A DNA stretch of 55,921 nt, taken from positions 3,754,887-3,810,807 of the forward strand of contig NW_003314266.1 of NCBI RefSeq assembly GCF_000143415.4, written 5' to 3'. Origin of the DNA: Selaginella moellendorffii. Taxonomy: Eukaryota > Plantae > Lycopodiophyta. The notes under the pieces were generated by a model. It saw nothing but the letters and a program-made list of their open reading frames with translations, was not told where the DNA came from and did not search any database. Below are positions 50,401 through 55,921 of this stretch, in pieces. Each line of letters begins with the position of its first letter. Positions within the stretch are counted from its first letter, which is position 1. The translations under genes and the position numbers were made by a program.

Positions 50401-52235
50401 CTCTAGTATGGTATCCTGGAATTGGTCCAACACCCGCTAGATCACTAAAGGTACTTCTTCTGTTCCAGTCTTTTTGTCACTTCTCACCGAGAGTAAGCAC
50501 AAAAATGCAGCCTTGGTCCCTTTAGTGAGTTGTCCTCTCGTGGACACCAGGTTTAGGCACGAATCTTTGGCTTTGCATTGCCCTACCTTTAAATCCTGGG
50601 CCACTACCCTGGATCTTCTTCCTTGGGCATTCGCCAGTACCACGAGGTTCCTACCTTGTCCATGTACGGCTACCATGAATCGATTCAACCAATCCATCCC
50701 GAAGATCACGTCAAATCCCACCATGTCCAACACGGTGAAGTCCATATCTACTTTCCAAGTCCCTACTTCGACTCTCGCTTATCGAAGTACCTCATCGGTG
50801 CTTTGGCTACCTTAAACAAATTCTATAGTCCTTGGTTCACCTAGCCACTACACCGTTAGTCCGGCTTGCCAGACTATGTCTGCAGCCACAAAATTATCCG
50901 AAGCACCCGTGTCAATAAGGATCTTAACAAAGCTACCCCCGAGCTTCTCTCGGAGGGCTAGTAGATGTCGTGAACGACTCTCTACTAAAGTTGCTTGTGT
51001 AATGAGTAACTTTGAGCTAGGGACTGGATCACATACCTCAATTTAAACTTCACCCGACTTAATGGCCATATTGGCTCTGGCCTTCTTCGGGTAGGGACAT
51101 TCCCTTGAAAAGTGTCCCGCTTCACAGCAGTTGTAGCATACGTTGTTTCCCACGCTGCTAAACAACTTGACCTTTTTATCCGTGGGTTTGTCTCTTTTTG
51201 CTTGACTCCCCCATGTACTTGCTTGCTGGCCACTAGATTTGCCCTTCCGGAACCCCGAGGACTCATTCTTAGAGAAACTCTTCTTGAATTTCCCTTTGCT
51301 ATATGTTCCCCTTGGTTTGGCCCCTTTGCTAAATGTGGATCTCGACCCCGTCGCGTTCCCCTTTCGCAGGTTATCATTGAAATGCACCTTGATGGCCGCA
51401 TCCAACGCTTCCTTGTAGTTGGTCGGGTTCCAGTGCATCACCTCACCACCAGCCCAGGTTTGCAAATCTGATATGAAGGCATGGAACACATCCATATCCC
51501 CCATATCCGTGACAAGTATCCTCTTTGCCATGAACCCATTCACATACTCCTGGATGGTTCCAGTCTGCTTCAGCTTACTCAGCTCATCTCTTAGATGCAA
51601 AGTGGCATTCGGAGGAACATATGTTGCGCGGATCCTCGCCTTCATCATGTCCCAAGTGGCCACCGGTCCTTTGTTGGCCTCCGTCGTTCTCCACCAAGAC
51701 TTGGCATTATCTGCCATGTATGGTTTTGCACATGAGACTTTCTCCGAGCTCGGTAATCGCAACGCTCAAAAATAGTCCTCCATATCGTAAAACCAATCCT
51801 CCACCACTTTATAGTCATTCACTCCCATGAAACTGGTGGGGGCTTTGGTTTGTACTTGGGAACTGCTTGAGGGACTGATTCTACTTCGGTCTGTTTGACC
51901 TTGTTTGGTTCTGCCTCAATCCCTGCCGAAGGGTTTGCACCTTCTGCGCTGCCAGCATCCACAGTCTTTCTTTTTTTCTTCCACTTCTTGTCACGCTTTA
52001 GCTTGCGTACGAGAGTCTCCAGTAGGGCATTGGTCTGTGCCAACTATCCTTCTAGCACGTTCAATCGAGCCTTGGATGACCGAACCTTGCCACAGGACTC
52101 CTGTTTGGAAGTTTCCTCACTAGAGTCCTCCTCATGCAAGGATTCCTCATCCATAGCCTTTCGTTCAACTGGAGGCTCCAGCTTTGGAGGAGGTTCCGTC
52201 TCTGCCTTGGTTCGCTTCCACCCTGCTTTTGCCAT
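47465..52235 (-). pseudogene. Chromoviral Ty3/Gypsy gag-pol (gag, zinc knuckle, PR, RT, RH, INT, chromodomain) with stops and frameshifts
   Basis: CYNCCEAGHFSRECP, LIDTGASDNF, YIDD, ETDASDFALG, H...GH...CPTCQ, FDAIFVVVD, YHPQT, chromodomain YEVEAILNAR...VKWKG...TWE (~47500-47665). tRNA-iMet PBS TGGTATCAGAGC at 52280-52291. Confidence 0.95.
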
Positions 52236-52294
52236 CTCCCAGCAATCCGCCTCTATCCTTCGCTAGAACTGAGAAAAACGCTCTGATACCAAAT

Positions 52295-52373
52295 TGTAAG
52301 CTCCTGAATTTGGACTTCCCGGGAGGTCACCCAATCCAATACTATTCAAACCCAAGGACGCTTAACCCCAAGT
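52295..52373 (-). mobile_element. Truncated 5S-bearing (Cassandra-like) LTR directly upstream of the chromovirus PBS
   Basis: Matches 45537-45615; 5S-like segment at 52312-52366. Confidence 0.85.
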
Positions 52374-53299
52374 TGCATGCATCTCTAGCATATAAAGTGT
52401 TTATCTTTCTCATGGTTTCTTGCATCAAGATTATATATCCCTTTGTAATCTCTCATTACCATGTTAAATCATTCAATTTGTTGCTTAATTCCATGAGATC
52501 TTATGATTTTTCCCCAACTTTCAATCTTGTTTAAGAGTGTTCTTAAAAGTTTTTCTCCCACCTTGCATTCTATCTTGGATTTTTTTACTTGAGGAGGATG
52601 ACTTAGCTTCTTAAGTTAACATTGAGCTACTTTCTAAGTGATTCCATCCACCACAATAGAAGCTCTCAACAAAAAAGCATAACACTTGTTTCCTTTAGAG
52701 ATATCTGAACATTTTCATGCCTCTTAGAGCTTTAGTTTTGGAGTTTGCAATGTTTACAACCATTTATTTGGTTGTGGGCTTTGATAAAGGCATTTGGAGA
52801 GATTTAGTTTGCTGGATTGAGAGTGCCATTTCATAACATTGACTATGTTTGGGCATTTGCAATGACTTGAGCATTTTATGCTAGTGACAACATGTTTGCA
52901 ATCACTTAGAAAATCAATTTAGTAGGTACCAATCTCCACTTTTTAAGGCAAGTTGTTTGAGGCAAGTGCTTGATTTTCACTAATTCATCCCAAATGAATA
53001 AGATTCATTGGATTTAGTAGATACCTTACTTGAGGATTTGCTACAATAGAGTGTGGATTTACCCCTTTTCACACTTAAAACTTCATTAATATGGAGTCAT
53101 ATAGTGGAATTTGAAAGTCCTTTGTGACTCAAATGGAATCACCATTGATATAGGCAATCACCATTTTCTTTGATTGATACATGGACAAACTCGGGTTTGG
53201 GCAAAGTCCCTTTTGGATACAAAGTGGGAGTGATACACAAAGGTGAAGAAGCTCTTCCTCAAAATGTTTAGACAGAAGAAGGATCTCCAATAGCTTCAC

Positions 53300-53900
53300 A
53301 TTGAGCTCTTTTGTTTTTTGGCAAACACTGCATGAGTTTGTCGTCAAGTATATTTAATGATTTATACAACATTGGGAGCTATGCCTCACCCAAATCTCAA
53401 ACCTCACAAAGTAGACCATAGTGGCCACCTTTGTCTAGGGACTAAAGTTGTTCATTTAACACAAACTTCTTAAATGTAAACACATCAAGTGTCATCTAAC
53501 TTTTGAGCATGTTGAGGAGGTTGAGGAGTTTTGGCTCACTCTAGACATCTCTCAGGTTGCCCAATCTCCATCTAACCACTTTCTAAAGCATCTGATCACC
53601 ACAATTTCTTGCCAACTTACTCCTAGAGTCACAGAAAAGAGGATGCCACTAGTGTTTGAATTTGCTGTCGCAAAATTTTGCCAATACAAAGACCTCCTTG
53701 AGCATCAATAACAAGATCTCTTGCATTAATAGCAGTAGTAGATTACCATTCTTGAAGAACTAAAGGCATTGAGACTTCAACAAATAAAGACAACTTCAAG
53801 ACAACCCCATCAATGGTGTACCTATTGCCAAACAAGCACACACTTGACAAAATGGTGTTATCACCGCCATCTAGAGCTTCAACCTTCTAAGAGCTAATGT
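53300..53900 (+). pseudogene. Highly decayed retroelement gag remnant
   Basis: Zinc-knuckle-like WCTYCQTSTHLTKWC at ~53814-53858; the rest is unrecognisable. Confidence 0.4.
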
Positions 53901-54494
53901 GTCCAGGAGCATCCACTTATTGATAACTCTACACATTAGCTACCTCTAGATGAATATCAACAGCAATTTCAACTATGTGTAATTGAAGTTGTTCCATTGA
54001 CAAGCAAGGGAAAGAAATTGACTCTTCACACCATCAATAATGAGATATTTATAGCTGTGACTTGAGCTCAGAAGAAGCACCAACAAATAGCCCCAAATAT
54101 TAATAGTGAGCAAGACTCAGCTGTTCAACAAGTCCCAAATCCAACCATCTTATGCAAGTTGCCCTTTAAATTGGCATTTACTAGATCCTCTATAGTTGAT
54201 GTTGCACTTTCTCAGCTTAGAAGCACATCTTTTGCAGACTTGGCTAGAACATCTGCCATGACTTCTCCAACATCTTTAGTTCTCTTGATGAACGTCATGC
54301 AACAACTATTGCACAATTCAGTCACTCTTTCATTTAGACAACGTTTACAATTAATCCTAGGATTTGAATAGTAGCTAGAAACTCTTGCATGTTCCATCCA
54401 ACCTCTTCTTTATGCTTGTGAGGAGATCCTAATCATAGATACTATAGCATTGCAAGATCCAAGAGCTTTTATGGCTTTAGTCACTTTAAGAGAT

Positions 54495-55921
54495 TGTGAG
54501 ACACAAATCCCTAAGCCCCAAAGTGGAGCCAAAAGGGTGCCACATGGTAGTGGCTGAAGCGGAAACCGAACAAGCATAGCACGTTTGAACTAAAAGCTTC
54601 GACTTGAAGAGTTGAAAGCGGGAGTGGAACTCCCAACGAAGTGCTCTAGGAACGAGCATGAAGCAAGCAGTAAGTGAGTCTTTATAAAAGGGACATAAGA
54701 GGACCAACACATGACACATGGAAGTGTCAAGATGGAGACTAAGAAGGAGTTCGAGATGGAGTTTGAGATGAAGTTTGAGATGGAGTCCGAGATGGAGTCC
54801 AAGAAGGACCTGATATGGAGTTCGAGGTCAAGGCCAAAACCAAGATCGAGACCGAGACCGAAGCCGAGACTGAGACCGAGACTGGGACCGAGTCCGAGTC
54901 CGAGCTCGAGCCCGAGTCTAAGTCTGAGTCCGAGCTTAAGTCCGAGTCCAAATCTAAGTTCGAGTCCGAGGGTAAAAGCCCAAAGCATTTGTCTCCTAGA
55001 CCCTAGGGGGTTTAGTGAGCTCCAAAAGTATAGTAGGGGGAGGACTCCAATAGAGCTAGTTTAGCCAAGAAAGGCCAGTGTGACCAAGGAAGGTTATACC
55101 TATGTGGTGGGTGATGATAAAACCACTGAGGAGTCCAAGGCTACAGTGAACACGGATAGACAAGCAAGGTAGCTTGGTGAAATGTTCAAGAGCTGACTCT
55201 AGCTCCCTCGGAAGATTGAATAATCGATGCTCCCAATCTAAGTGTGGGTGGCATTACTTACTTAGATACTTGGCATAGCTCATTGGAACCTTGCTCTAGC
55301 CACATGGCTAGGGCACCTAAAGGTGGAAGGTGGGGAGAATACCTATGAGGCTCATGTAGGGCCATGGTGTTTTGAAATGTCAACCCAAAGTCTCAAACTG
55401 TGGAAATGAAGAGGAACAATCCTCTAGAGTAATGACCAAGGATACAGTCATATGGTGAGGAAAGGACTTAGTGGTCGGGCCTTTGGGTCTTAACCCAGTG
55501 GCGGTGTTGACAAGCATGGCCATGGATGAAAAGGGACTTGGTAGGGATGAAAGAAGGGACATTGGGGAAGGGTGTTCCCTATGTCTCTGGGCATCCTAAA
55601 GGTGCTAAGACATGGTTAAGGGATGACCATTCGTGGATGGATGGCCTAGTCTTTGAGAGACAAGACTGTGATGCAAGTGGTGTTGAAAAAGTGAATGGCT
55701 ATGGCCTTAGTGTAACGGGTTGATATTTCGGTGGTACCTTTGGGTGTTAATCATGGGATCGGACATGGAGCACTTGGACTAGGTGCAAAGTTTGAGTGGC
55801 ATGGATGCCATTCTTAGGGCTAGGAAGCCCCAAGTCCAGAATAGGACTTATGGAGGTTGTGAGTGAGACTCCTCCAAGTGGTCGGAGGTGTGGTTAAGTG
55901 ATTAAAATAGAATGGAAAAAT
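54495..55921 (+). mobile_element. Family-B LTR running off the window end
   Basis: TGTGAGACACAAATCC start and hexamer array; colinear with 18860-20365. Confidence 0.9.

Overview
This is a transposon-dense eukaryotic window with no recognisable intact host gene. It most likely comes from a non-seed land plant (inference from 47-56 nt GT-AG introns, a 5S-bearing TRIM and a Tf1/Tcn1-like element; a lycophyte such as Selaginella would fit). It holds nested Ty3/Gypsy fragments, a bounded PIF/Harbinger element (21358-25087), a decayed Mutator-like element (~4.1-13 kb) and a 13.2-kb Sola-like DNA transposon (29904-43123; perfect 24-bp TIRs, 4-bp TCTA TSD). Main signal: both the Sola-like and the Mutator-like element have, divergent from their transposase, a multi-exon gene that reads as a ParB-like (GxHR-type) domain followed by a beta-class N4C/N6A DNA-methyltransferase-like region. 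In the Sola-like element this gene region also encodes an FCP1-type HAD domain. Each element has its own palindromic motif; the Sola-like element has about 20 dispersed ATGGCRTG-N6-CAYGCCAT copies, many inside introns. This suggests a transposon-borne ParB/parS-like self-recognition or anti-silencing module. Also notable: 5S-rRNA-containing (Cassandra-like) LTRs flank a chromodomain Gypsy gag-pol, a self-priming PBS is visible, and a near-identical 1.6-kb duplication has a 15,710-bp offset. All domain calls come from motifs read by eye and need HMM or structure confirmation.
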